Below, one piece after another: positions 26,071 to 36,384 of a stretch of DNA of 40,824 nt. Location of the stretch: positions 1 to 40,824 of IMG/VR virus record IMGVR_UViG_3300004776_000003; one strand, 5' to 3'. The translations under genes were made by a program, and so were the position numbers. Each line of letters opens with the position of its first letter. The first letter of the stretch is position 1. This DNA comes from a virus. Its lineage: Duplodnaviria; Caudoviricetes. The notes under the pieces are model-generated. The model made no database searches and was not told the DNA's origin. It saw only the letters and a list, made by a program, of their open reading frames with translations.

Positions 26071-27468
26071 TTACCAATAAGAATCCCAAGAATCGCCTGA
26101 ATTGTTGCTTGTTTGCCAAGGATCTATTGAATTGCCAGGAACTTCATAGTTATAGTCCCGGTTTCCGTAATCAGTGCTCCCTGTCCAGGAGTTCTGATAT
26201 TCTTCTGGCGTAGGGGCAAAGGAACCACTATCAGCACCGGCCTGGGCATCACCTAGCATTCCCATGTCTTGTAGCATCTTCTCATAGGCATCCTGTTCAC
26301 TCCAACCAGCCTCACCGCCCCAAACAATAGGCACATACTCGCCAGATCCTCGTCCCTCTCCTTGTCCTGTTAAACTTGGGCGAGTTAAGTCAAGTTGAGG
26401 CATTAGCTCTAGTTTTGTTGGAATATTTGCCGATGGCCCTAGTCCCGGAGGGCCTGATCCACCTCCACCTGAACCACCACTTTTCCCCCCGCCACCGGGA
26501 GGAGAGCCAGTACCAGTACCGCCACTGGGAGGAGAGCCTGTTGGCGGCAATGGCTTGTTAAGTTCATCTTTTTGTAGTTGAAATTTATCTTTCTCTAGTT
26601 GCATCATATCTTGCTGATATATTTGATTCGCAGCATCTCTATCTTTTTGTGTCTGAGCATTCGTCAGTGCTATCTGATAATTCTGATCCGCTATAGCCTT
26701 CTGTTGGGCTAGGTTTAGCCTGTTTTGATCTGCTTGCCAGTTTTGTTGATTAGTGGCTTGCCATGCTTGCCAACCTTGCGTCCCTAGTCTTTCTCCAGTC
26801 TGCCAACCTCTCTGTGCAGTATTCTCTCCGCTCTGCCAACCACGCTGTTTCTCACTTTCTCCAGCGGTGAACTCTCTACCAAGGACGTTCTCTCCAGACT
26901 GCCAGCCACGCTGAGTAGCAGCTTCACCAGAAGAGAATTGTTGTGCCGCTATACGTTCTGCCGTTTGTTGATCGAAGCCCGCTGCCTGTAAGGCGGCTGT
27001 TGCTGCCTGTTGTTTTGAATTCTGTTCAGCGGTAAATGATCTCTCTATACCCTTCTCATTTAATGTCCCGGCATTCATGAGGTAGTTAAGGGCATTAGTA
27101 TATCGAGTATCATATCCACCAGCCAGGGCATTAATAGCCTCACGTTGTAACCCTCCAGCATAGTTAGGGGCACCGGCAACATTATATCCACCACGCTGAA
27201 CTCCTGAGAGAGCTGCCCTTCTGACATAATCCTCAACCTGATTACGTTGGCCCGAAAGCATGGTATTTGTGAGGGTGTCCATCCTGCTTTTAAATTCAGG
27301 GGAGTTGGGATCTGTCCAGCCATTGGCTCCACCGTAAGCAGTATCAGAGGAAGATCCCGATGACATGGCACCACCTCCACTCATGAGAGTAGCCAAATCA
27401 GATGAGGACATATTCGAGGCACTGCCCCCTGCATTCAACGCTGCCATTATTTCTTCAAGTGTTGCCAT
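26071..27468 (-). CDS. Internal virion / pilot-like protein with 11-aa repeats
   Basis: QRGWQSGE repeats, Gly/Pro linker, GGGAG RBS. Confidence 0.6.
   Translation of the reverse strand: MATLEEIMAALNAGGSASNMSSSDLATLMSGGGAMSSGSSSDTAYGGANGWTDPNSPEFKSRMDTLTNTMLSGQRNQVEDYVRRAALSGVQRGGYNVAGAPNYAGGLQREAINALAGGYDTRYTNALNYLMNAGTLNEKGIERSFTAEQNSKQQAATAALQAAGFDQQTAERIAAQQFSSGEAATQRGWQSGENVLGREFTAGESEKQRGWQSGENTAQRGWQTGERLGTQGWQAWQATNQQNWQADQNRLNLAQQKAIADQNYQIALTNAQTQKDRDAANQIYQQDMMQLEKDKFQLQKDELNKPLPPTGSPPSGGTGTGSPPGGGGKSGGSGGGGSGPPGLGPSANIPTKLELMPQLDLTRPSLTGQGEGRGSGEYVPIVWGGEAGWSEQDAYEKMLQDMGMLGDAQAGADSGSFAPTPEEYQNSWTGSTDYGNRDYNYEVPGNSIDPWQTSNNSGDSWDSYW
26288..26385. repeat. Copy 1 of a 98-bp intergene repeat (56 bp exact)
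   Basis: 26288-26343 is identical to 28278-28333; the extension is diverged. Confidence 0.9.
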
Positions 27469-27481
27469 TTGTTATCTCCCT

Positions 27482-28600
27482 TTAAAGTCCCCACATATTT
27501 GTACTGCTTGTACCCCAAGAATTTTGATTTGTTTTTTGCATGTCATCAAGTGGTGTTGGGCTCCACGTATTACCCTTTGCCCCACTGCCCCACCCAAGCA
27601 ATGCTGATCTCCTAGATTGCTCTGATGTTTGCGAAGGAACCTCATACCCAGGATACCAACTACCAGCCGCTGCTCGTGATATTGGTGTTGTCACTTGTGA
27701 TGTAGGTGCAGGAGAAGATCCTGCTTGTGCGGGCTGTGGGTGCCAAATTGGATTCTCATTCCATGTAGGAGCGCGAGTAGTCGAGGGGGCAATATATGAT
27801 GGAGAAGCCGGTCCGGATGTTTGAGTGACCGTAGGGTTTTGTTTTTCCGTAGGTGGGGGCGGAGCTATTACATTGCCATATTGTTGCCAGTTGCCGCTTG
27901 CTCTCTCAGCTTTAGAAAACAACCCGGTGTCTTGAGATATTGGAGTTGCAGGCGAAGAGTAAGGCTGATTCCTATAGGCACCACCTTCTGGTAATCCAGT
28001 ATTTTTATAAGCATCTTGAACCTGAGTTTGTGTAGGTGGATTGTTATTAGCCATACTATTAACGTAATCCAAAACCTGAGTGTCTCCGGTTGTGGGTTGA
28101 AATGAACCTAAATCTGATCCAAATTGTGCATTTGCAAGAGCTTGGGCATCTTCCGCTTGGTTTAATTGGGATGCTCCAGGCCCATTAGTCCAAGAATTCA
28201 TTTCATTGTCTAGTGATCGAGGTTGATCCTTCCACTGTTGAGGAGGATCAGGGTAAAGAGAATTAAGTTTATCTCTTGCATCCTGTTCACTCCAACCAGC
28301 CTCACCGCCCCAAACAATAGGCACATACTCGCCGCTTCCTCTGCCGCCACCTTTACCCTGTAAACTTGGCCGAGTAGCGTCTATCATAGCTTGATAAGCC
28401 TGATTTGCTTTATCAATTCCTTGTTGTCCTTGGGGAATACCTTTCTCGTTTCCTCTCCAACCAGGACGATACTTATCCATCCACTGCCAAGCAGAGTTTT
28501 TAGGTGGCCCACCAACATCAGGAAACATTTTGTCTGTTAGTGCTCTCTCACCCCCGTTATTCCAATTTATTGTATTACCTATACCCCTTATGTCTGCCAT
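27482..28600 (-). CDS. Low-complexity P/Q/S/T-rich virion-associated protein
   Basis: 372 aa between the nozzle and the ejection genes. Confidence 0.55.
   Translation of the reverse strand: MADIRGIGNTINWNNGGERALTDKMFPDVGGPPKNSAWQWMDKYRPGWRGNEKGIPQGQQGIDKANQAYQAMIDATRPSLQGKGGGRGSGEYVPIVWGGEAGWSEQDARDKLNSLYPDPPQQWKDQPRSLDNEMNSWTNGPGASQLNQAEDAQALANAQFGSDLGSFQPTTGDTQVLDYVNSMANNNPPTQTQVQDAYKNTGLPEGGAYRNQPYSSPATPISQDTGLFSKAERASGNWQQYGNVIAPPPPTEKQNPTVTQTSGPASPSYIAPSTTRAPTWNENPIWHPQPAQAGSSPAPTSQVTTPISRAAAGSWYPGYEVPSQTSEQSRRSALLGWGSGAKGNTWSPTPLDDMQKTNQNSWGTSSTNMWGL
28278..28375. repeat. Copy 2 of the 98-bp intergene repeat
   Basis: Encodes the TRPSL..G.GRGSGEYVPIVWGGEAGWSEQDA motif present in both genes. 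Confidence 0.9.
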
Positions 28601-28609
28601 TTTCTTTCC

Positions 28610-31600
28610 TTATGCCGTACTAGGCCATCCTCTTACGGCTGCCAACTCTAAATTTAACCCATAAACATTTCCAGGCCCACTCCAAGCAAACGTGAACTTG
28701 AACATATTGGCCGACACGTTCTTGTGGCTGAAGTCCAAGACATAAGCCTTTGTTGCTGATAACGAAAGTGAAGATACAGTGAATATGTTTGCTGTTTGTG
28801 CCGTTGCCTCACCATCAACCAACACGCTGAATGTCAGGTTTCCGGTAGTTATTGAACCATAGATGGTTACTGCTCTCAACTCTTTTTGAAGCTGAGGAGC
28901 CTCAAACCCTAACCATCCAGTACTGGCTGTTGAGGTTATAGCTGTCCCTGCATCAGTCGTGGATGTAGGATCGAATAGTCTGTAGATATACCCATCATAG
29001 CCACCACACAGTAAATCAATCTGTCCCGTTTTGGCCGGTGCATTGGCTTGATACTCTCTTGCTTGACATAGACTTGTCGCGGCAATAGAAGCCGGAGGTA
29101 TCCATACACCATTGGTTATGTCATAGATAATTAGCCGGTTACAGGTTGTCTGTGCAATATCTGTCCCAGTAATCATCGGCACGGACCATATCAACCAGTT
29201 CCGAAAGGCCCAGAAACACGCTGAAGATAGGTGGAGATAATTGAGATCCAGTTTAGGATTAGCACTTGTAGAATCCCACCATGATACCCATTCACCGAGT
29301 TTAAACAGTTCCGCTCCGGTAAAACACCAAGCCCCGTTATGATTCAAGAAATACACACCCTGTTTATTCTTAGCATCTGCTATTGGCCCTGTCTGTGATT
29401 TGCCATACTTGTCGATAGGGGCCAAGACTATGCAATCAGCATTAACCGGGGCCTGTGCTGCTGATTCACCTCTAGGGGCAATGAGATCCGCAAAGGAGTC
29501 CTCAGTGATTTGATACCACTCTTCCAATTTAGTCATCCACATTTGATCGTAGGAGCGGATAACACTGAGAATCTGATCCTGTCCACCTACCTCTATGGAT
29601 ACTGATGTAGAGCCAGAGAACCCATATTCTTCGAAGGGGCGAGACACATCTACTTGACATCTACGATCTGGGCGGTTAGCCAGTGCCAATCTATTTGCAA
29701 AAGACAAGGCGAATTTGTGTTTCACTAGAGGTAGAGGTTTAGAGGTAACAGCTACCGTTGCTATTCCAACTGAAGCACTGAGAGTTGCTGATACTTTTAA
29801 TCGAATCCAGTATCCCATTGTTTGACTGTAATTAAGGGGCTTGCACTCTCTCCAGTCAGTAGGCTCCGCCCATTTCAACTCACCCTTTATGGCAAGTGTT
29901 TTACTGGAAGAGGAGGTGCCATCAGTAAATGAGGTGAGCGCGGACCACGCCACTCCATTCCAGTATTCTCCACTCATGGCAGAGACATTGTTGTTGTTGG
30001 CATCATTTACCATCGTGAACATGATGGCAAAAAACTGTTCAACTCCAGCGATATAAATGTAGTCCGAACTGGTAAGAGCATTTACATCAGCTCCGGTAGT
30101 CAGTGCTCCATCAGCAACCTCAACTGTGTAATCAGCAATCAGGTTGGTAACTGTCCGGTGAACCACAAACCCCATAGCCAAGTCACCAGTACCCGAAGCG
30201 TGGAGATTACAGAGAGGTTGACAAGGGCCTGTGTAGGTGAGCTTTGACAATTCAGTCACTACGTATGTTGGATCTACCACACAAGTTACTGTGGCTTTGT
30301 CCACTGAGGGTATATCTGTCCCTGATCCTTTTAGTTTATACCCAAACATTAGGTGATGGTTGACAGTGGTATAGGCGTTTGCGTGTGTCAACTCTGCCTG
30401 TGTTAGTGCCTCTAATACGGACTTAGTCATACCTGGCGCGCTATCCAATGCTCCCAGGAATGAGTTAGGCGAGGCTGCCTGCCAAGTTGGTGTGCCCATA
30501 ACCGTGTTATACTGCCATGTTCCGCTGTTATTCCCAATGACAGGTATCCAGGCTGTAGTCCCCACGTTGTATAGCTTGTATGTGATCCCAGAATCAAAGG
30601 ATATTACCACATAGAGTGTGGATGATCCTGGTTGAGTGTTGGTAAGTGCAACAGATGTGACATTACTTGCTGTTGGAGGAGAGGCAACTGCCGTTATTTG
30701 AGCTAACAATTCCCCAGTGCAATAGTTTGGGACATTCTCAATTAACTTAATCTCACCTAGTTCTATGGCAGTCCCATTGGATGTCGTGATATTCAGTCGA
30801 TAATACCTGTAGGCTGTATCATTGGTAAAAGAATAAGGACCAACCCATGTGTCGCTACCCGGATCTGATATGGCTGTTTGAGTATCCACCACCGTCCAGG
30901 CCGAGGCATTGTTTGAGCCCTCCAGCGTCCATGCACTAGGGAACATGGCATTCGCTGTCTTGGCAGACTTGAGGTAATACTTATTAACCTTCTTGGTTAT
31001 CGCGGCACCCATGTCTATTCGAATCCAACCCGCCGTAGTTCCTGGTAAGGTTTTCCAACAATCATAGGCATCAGTATTAGTCTGATTGAAAGCTCGCCAA
31101 GAGAGGTGATCGTAAGCTGTGGAGTGAGTAGCCGCATAGGGCACTGGTAGAGAAGGCCCTGTCATAACAGGCGTGGCTGATGCAAGAGAAGTATTTAAGG
31201 CACCGTAGTCTGATCCATCACTGTTGACTATAACAACCCCGGCAGCATAAACTAAGGCCGTCAGTGAAGTTATGGCTGTGCTGGCCTTATATGAACTCAG
31301 GTAGACATCGTTTGCTCCTATACCTGTTCCTTCTATCTTGGTAATTGTCCGAGTATCAGCATCACTGAAGGTTATTAACAACCCTCCTTCGACAAGAGAG
31401 GCTCCGCCTACAGGAACAACTGTGCTTGTGGCATCTTGAAATTGTCCCGCCCCTGTCAATGTCCCGGCAACCCACTTGGTTATCGTGCCCTTGAGATCCT
31501 GTTGAGAGATATCTGTCGAGGCATTGGTAGGCTCTATTGTGGCTGTATGATCTACGATGTAGCCAATAACATACTTATCAAAGGATGGGAGATTTGCTAC

Positions 31601-34600
31601 ATCTGCCATCAATCCCCAGGCGAAGTCCAAGGTAGTTGTTGCTACACTGAACCCTCCCGTGGATTCCCATTGAGATTGAGTTATTGCCGCAAAGTCTGTT
31701 CCTGTCATTTGGTTCTGGGTGACGGCAAATGCCTGCTTAAGTGCCTGGAGCTTTGTGTTATTGTCTGCCGCTACCCACGTTGGGGTAGTCGTGACTGAAC
31801 TGTTATACTTCCATGTTCCCGAATCATTCTTGGCAATGTCCCGCCATGCCGCTGATCTGAACACACTGTAGGTTGTTTGGGCATCAAAGGATACTGAGTG
31901 CCATACCTTACTAGCCCCGGCCTTTGTCTCAGTGACGATTATACCTGTGATGTGACTCCAGGTGGAACAGTCCACAGCTTTTCCAACAACAGTATCAACG
32001 GCTTGCATGTAGGTGGGGACGTAAATGGTAGTAGTAGGAACGGACTCGACAAGTTTCATACCCCCCATACCTTCCCAATAATCACCTCCATAACTCCCGT
32101 TCCCAATAGTAAATCTATAATACCTATAGGCCGTTGAATTTACAAACGTGAAATAACCAGCATTATCTCCTTCCCTACCATACCATTTATTATCTCCAGG
32201 AGGGGGGTAGTCTGATTCTACTGCATGTAATTCAGTCCAGCCGGAATCATCTGTGCTCCCTTCGAGAACCCATTGTTGGATGTTATGGAATCCTACAGTC
32301 CCACTACAAAAGAAATCATATTTATTAACAATTTTTGTAGATCCTAAGTCAATTTTTATCCAAGCTCCCTCTAACATACCTCGTGAGTGAGGCTGTTCAT
32401 AGAACCAACCTGTATTTTCAAAACAATACCAAACGTTTGCATCCGCAACACTTGAAGAAGCTACTAATGGACTTGGTAATATGTTTGAAGTCATCACAGG
32501 GATAAGATAGGCTACATTAGGATTGTCTGCCCCATCTGGTGTTGCTGATTCTGTTATGGTTAGTGTTGGAATTGTCACAACACCAGAGCCAACCTCAGTC
32601 CCATATATAGCTGTTACATCAGCATCCGCATGATCCACTGATAAGACTACACCAATGTCTGGATCAGTCCCATCACCACTACCACCTGTAATTCTCACCG
32701 AGGTATCTGCAAAGACTACCTTCACTCCTAGTTCAATTGCAGGACAATCACCCGCCGCCCCTAGTGTCGGCACTTTTCTCATCTTACAGGCCGCCGACAT
32801 GGTTTCAGGAACGTAAGTGATTACAACAACTATCTCATTCTCAGAAGTAGTTACTCCACAAACATGAGTAGCATTATAGGTTGTTTCGGTAAAGCCATAG
32901 AATCTTACCTTATCCCCTGCTACTAATCCATGTGCAGTATAAGGGAAGCCTACCTTATCTGTCCTGTCTATTACTGCATCATTGCCAAAGGCTACCTCAG
33001 CCCCCTCGAACCTACCCTTCTTGGCTGTAACTCCCTTGTTCCAGTAAGATATCTCTCCCTTCAAATCCTGGAGATCCACGTCTGCCACAGTAACAACATC
33101 CATTGTGGATGAACCTGTTGCCATACCAGTTAAAACATATTTGTCGAGCGAGGGTAGGCTATCCACGGCTGTAGTTAATCCCCAGGCGAAGTCCACATAG
33201 TCAACTGAAGCACTGTATCCCCCAGAAGCCTCCCATTGAGCCCGTGCCATCGCTTCTACGGCTGTCTTAGTCCATCTATTGCTTGCAACCCCAAACGCTT
33301 GTCTGAGGGCTGTGTGCTCGTTGTTGGTGGATGCTGGAACAAGGATCGTTCCATTGTTATATTTCCATATCCCCACATCATTCTGAACAATGGTCCTCCA
33401 CACGGAGGAGACATAAGCCTTCCAGGTATTCCTCTCATCGAAGGAGATAACGTGCCACGTAGTGGAAGTGGATGGAGTTGTCTGGGTAACGGCTATAGAA
33501 TCCAGGTTGGTAAATGCCGAGACATCAGCCTGGATAGCGTCACCTGATCTTGCTATGCAAATCTGCACAGGGTAGGCCAAGGGAGATTCGATGAGTCTCA
33601 ACTCTCCTACCGCTAGGTTAGCGGAACCATTCTTAACAGTTATGTCAAGTTTGTAATATCGGTAAGCGATAGCATTGGTAAAGGTGAATGCCGTGGCCCA
33701 TAAGTTTTGGCCTGGATCAGCAATACCTGTCTGAGTATCCAAGGTATCCCAACTTGAATCATCAAGGCTACCCTTGAGCGTCCATGTGTTAGGGAAACCT
33801 GTCTCTCCGGCAACATTCTTAGCCTGGATCATGTACTTATTAATGACTATGGTTGAACCGCAGTCCATTTTAATCCAGCCCGTAGCACTGGCCGTCTCCC
33901 AACACATAGTTGTATTTTCTTGGTTGAATGCCTTCCATGCTGCAAAAATAGCCTCTTCGGATGCCGCTGCAACTTGGGGGGACGGAAGGACATTGGAGGT
34001 CATCTGAGTAGTCATGACTGTAGTGCTGGCATTGGCGAGGCCATCCGCACCACCATAACTATTGGAGATTAGGCTTCCAGAGGTAACTATGCCGTATTCA
34101 ATTCTGGCAAGGTTCCCCGTGGCGTGATCTACTGATAACCTAACTCCACTTGCTCCAGTCCCATCTCCGGTAATGTCAACAATAGTGGACTCTACACCAT
34201 CATTGAATATAACATTAGAACCCACAATTACATCTGTTCCACTCCCCACTGCAACCGCAGTGTTCCCTGAGTTCCTAAAAGTCCCAAGGTTAGAAGAGTT
34301 TCTATTCCATGCTACGATAGTGCCGAGGTAGTTAGGTTGAGTCACATCAGAGATTGAGGCTATGTCAGAATAAACATAGCTAGTTGCACTGGCGACAAGG
34401 GAGAATGTTATCCTATACCAATACCCTGGAACCTCTGCAATAGCAGAATAGTCTGCCTCTGCTTCGGCCCAAGTTACTGTTCCACTTTTGGCGAGGGTAA
34501 CTCCAGTAGTGGCAGTATTATCAGTTATTGATAGCGCATCCCATGCCCCATTATACCACCTAGCCACTGCCATTGTACAAGGAGTAGCATTAGCCTGATG

Positions 34601-35266
34601 GACTTTGAAATACATCCCCGTAGATTTAGCCACATCAAGACAAACATAAATACCACCGGCAACAGGGAGCGCAGGAATATAGGCAATCGAGTCATCGTCA
34701 TTGTCAGTGAGAGCCGTAGTCATATCGAAGTAATTAAGGCCATCGAGCGTGCAGAAGATTTGCTTAGGAAAGGCCCAGTCTGAACCGTCTGTCTCCAAGC
34801 CACCAAGAAATACTAGGGGAACCGTAGATACGCCCTCAGTTATAATAACTCTATCATTAAGGGTAGCTACAGACATTCCACCGGCAGTGAGGCCAAGATC
34901 ATATAGTTCTGTAAAGGACAGGGTAGAGCTAGGTAGTCTGGTTTTAGAGACATACAGCTTACAAAGAGTTGAACTCCTTACTTGAGCCAAAAGATACGAC
35001 ACTTCATTAGAGGGAAACCTAACCTGAACAAGTTTCTCAACAACACCCCCAGACATTAAGGCAGCCGCAGTACTCGCAGTTTTACCGAGTCGAGTTTTCA
35101 TCCACTTGTCAGACACATCAATATTCTCTGCGGACCACAGGTTCTTAACGTCATAGTTTACCGGATTCACACGGGTATTAACTATTCCACCACTGAAGTC
35201 TAATAGTTGAACAGACTTGAGGTCCGGGCCTTGTGGTTGTCCTTGTTGCTGAGGTTGTTGTGCCAT
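28610..35266 (-). CDS. Tail nozzle / stabilization protein (P22 gp10 / tubular B-like) with a large insert carrying three discoidin (F5/8C) modules
   Basis: N-terminal DFSGG...AENID..KTR.G and C-terminal STGWL.F..P..QKELR nozzle motifs; three MTS..LP.P...W.AF...WI..D.G....NKY...W.LEGS.D...W...AYRYYR units. Confidence 0.75.
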   Translation of the reverse strand: MAQQPQQQGQPQGPDLKSVQLLDFSGGIVNTRVNPVNYDVKNLWSAENIDVSDKWMKTRLGKTASTAAALMSGGVVEKLVQVRFPSNEVSYLLAQVRSSTLCKLYVSKTRLPSSTLSFTELYDLGLTAGGMSVATLNDRVIITEGVSTVPLVFLGGLETDGSDWAFPKQIFCTLDGLNYFDMTTALTDNDDDSIAYIPALPVAGGIYVCLDVAKSTGMYFKVHQANATPCTMAVARWYNGAWDALSITDNTATTGVTLAKSGTVTWAEAEADYSAIAEVPGYWYRITFSLVASATSYVYSDIASISDVTQPNYLGTIVAWNRNSSNLGTFRNSGNTAVAVGSGTDVIVGSNVIFNDGVESTIVDITGDGTGASGVRLSVDHATGNLARIEYGIVTSGSLISNSYGGADGLANASTTVMTTQMTSNVLPSPQVAAASEEAIFAAWKAFNQENTTMCWETASATGWIKMDCGSTIVINKYMIQAKNVAGETGFPNTWTLKGSLDDSSWDTLDTQTGIADPGQNLWATAFTFTNAIAYRYYKLDITVKNGSANLAVGELRLIESPLAYPVQICIARSGDAIQADVSAFTNLDSIAVTQTTPSTSTTWHVISFDERNTWKAYVSSVWRTIVQNDVGIWKYNNGTILVPASTNNEHTALRQAFGVASNRWTKTAVEAMARAQWEASGGYSASVDYVDFAWGLTTAVDSLPSLDKYVLTGMATGSSTMDVVTVADVDLQDLKGEISYWNKGVTAKKGRFEGAEVAFGNDAVIDRTDKVGFPYTAHGLVAGDKVRFYGFTETTYNATHVCGVTTSENEIVVVITYVPETMSAACKMRKVPTLGAAGDCPAIELGVKVVFADTSVRITGGSGDGTDPDIGVVLSVDHADADVTAIYGTEVGSGVVTIPTLTITESATPDGADNPNVAYLIPVMTSNILPSPLVASSSVADANVWYCFENTGWFYEQPHSRGMLEGAWIKIDLGSTKIVNKYDFFCSGTVGFHNIQQWVLEGSTDDSGWTELHAVESDYPPPGDNKWYGREGDNAGYFTFVNSTAYRYYRFTIGNGSYGGDYWEGMGGMKLVESVPTTTIYVPTYMQAVDTVVGKAVDCSTWSHITGIIVTETKAGASKVWHSVSFDAQTTYSVFRSAAWRDIAKNDSGTWKYNSSVTTTPTWVAADNNTKLQALKQAFAVTQNQMTGTDFAAITQSQWESTGGFSVATTTLDFAWGLMADVANLPSFDKYVIGYIVDHTATIEPTNASTDISQQDLKGTITKWVAGTLTGAGQFQDATSTVVPVGGASLVEGGLLITFSDADTRTITKIEGTGIGANDVYLSSYKASTAITSLTALVYAAGVVIVNSDGSDYGALNTSLASATPVMTGPSLPVPYAATHSTAYDHLSWRAFNQTNTDAYDCWKTLPGTTAGWIRIDMGAAITKKVNKYYLKSAKTANAMFPSAWTLEGSNNASAWTVVDTQTAISDPGSDTWVGPYSFTNDTAYRYYRLNITTSNGTAIELGEIKLIENVPNYCTGELLAQITAVASPPTASNVTSVALTNTQPGSSTLYVVISFDSGITYKLYNVGTTAWIPVIGNNSGTWQYNTVMGTPTWQAASPNSFLGALDSAPGMTKSVLEALTQAELTHANAYTTVNHHLMFGYKLKGSGTDIPSVDKATVTCVVDPTYVVTELSKLTYTGPCQPLCNLHASGTGDLAMGFVVHRTVTNLIADYTVEVADGALTTGADVNALTSSDYIYIAGVEQFFAIMFTMVNDANNNNVSAMSGEYWNGVAWSALTSFTDGTSSSSKTLAIKGELKWAEPTDWRECKPLNYSQTMGYWIRLKVSATLSASVGIATVAVTSKPLPLVKHKFALSFANRLALANRPDRRCQVDVSRPFEEYGFSGSTSVSIEVGGQDQILSVIRSYDQMWMTKLEEWYQITEDSFADLIAPRGESAAQAPVNADCIVLAPIDKYGKSQTGPIADAKNKQGVYFLNHNGAWCFTGAELFKLGEWVSWWDSTSANPKLDLNYLHLSSACFWAFRNWLIWSVPMITGTDIAQTTCNRLIIYDITNGVWIPPASIAATSLCQAREYQANAPAKTGQIDLLCGGYDGYIYRLFDPTSTTDAGTAITSTASTGWLGFEAPQLQKELRAVTIYGSITTGNLTFSVLVDGEATAQTANIFTVSSLSLSATKAYVLDFSHKNVSANMFKFTFAWSGPGNVYGLNLELAAVRGWPSTA

Positions 35267-36384
35267 TATCTATTTGTCCTTAGTCTCATTCCAGGCGTGC
35301 CCATAACCAACATGAGTCTCGCCATTGCCTTACCGAACAAGCTCGCATAGTACTGCTGGTTCTGTTGAGCCATCGGCGAGTGCCTATCCCTGGCATACCC
35401 CTGCATGAGGCAGTACCACACGAACAAGTCATCATGAGCCTTCGGTATTGGCAAGTCGTAGCTCGATGTGCAGGCCACCGCAGCCGGACAGTATGAGTGA
35501 AACACTGCCAGGCCGCTCGTGAGATTCCTATCCGGAACCGGGATCAGGTATAGGACATCCCCCACCATGTGATAGGCCGAGGCCCGAGATCCGCTTGCAT
35601 ACTGTTTGAGTGCCCGCTGATAATCAACCCAAGTCCCAAACGTCATCATTTCATCGCTGTAAGTTGTCGCTGTCGGTTCATACCACCTTACTGATTCCAC
35701 CTTCTCGATGTCCGGTATCAGGGTAGTGAGGTTATATGATGCTTGTGCGGCTACAACATTTAATAGTGTCTGTTTATGCCAGTATCCCAGGACAGCTATC
35801 TCGTAGATGGCTTCGTTGATCCAGCCTACGATATCAGCCTGGTTAAGAAACCTCTGTGAGTCATCATTGAAGAGTGTCAGCACCCTACTCACCACGATTC
35901 CAACTCTACCAAGACAAGTTGTCGTGGCCCCGGATGATGTGGTAATGTTGGCAACTAGGGTATAGAGACGGATAGCGGCAGAATCTTCATTAGAGTCCGC
36001 TGCAATACGAGAGAGAGAGACGCTGACAACATCCCCGGAAACAAGAGTGTGCCCACCTACCTGCCCACTGGTAGAGATGGTGACGGATCGAGTGTCAACA
36101 GTAGAGGCTATTGAGCTAGAGGTATAGGAAGCATTGTAAGTGGCTGAGAAGGCTCCAGTCGTTACCTCATATTGCCATTTATGGCCCTTAGATGCCGAAG
36201 CACTGGACTCCGACATTACCATGACAATATCTTCACCCGCGACATACGCAGTTGGAATGACTATAGAAAACCCTGCCTCATCCAACAGATCCCATTCAGT
36301 ATAAGTCCTGTCATAGGCATCAGTCCCATTTACAGGAACGTGGCCTAATAGAGGGAGCATAGCCTCTATGATGATTTCGCTCAT
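35266..36384 (-). CDS. Head-tail adaptor (tubular protein A-like) with an extra N-terminal beta domain
   Basis: D....F....I..WINEA..EIA, LYLIPVPD, P.IP..HD.L.V.Y motifs in the C-terminal ~215 aa; directly upstream of the nozzle. Confidence 0.7.
   Translation of the reverse strand: MSEIIIEAMLPLLGHVPVNGTDAYDRTYTEWDLLDEAGFSIVIPTAYVAGEDIVMVMSESSASASKGHKWQYEVTTGAFSATYNASYTSSSIASTVDTRSVTISTSGQVGGHTLVSGDVVSVSLSRIAADSNEDSAAIRLYTLVANITTSSGATTTCLGRVGIVVSRVLTLFNDDSQRFLNQADIVGWINEAIYEIAVLGYWHKQTLLNVVAAQASYNLTTLIPDIEKVESVRWYEPTATTYSDEMMTFGTWVDYQRALKQYASGSRASAYHMVGDVLYLIPVPDRNLTSGLAVFHSYCPAAVACTSSYDLPIPKAHDDLFVWYCLMQGYARDRHSPMAQQNQQYYASLFGKAMARLMLVMGTPGMRLRTNR

Noticed and set aside
26288-28375. 98-bp repeat pair as DGR template/variable repeats
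   Set aside because: Mismatches are not confined to adenines of either copy (e.g. CGC/CGG, TCT/AGC) and both copies are coding
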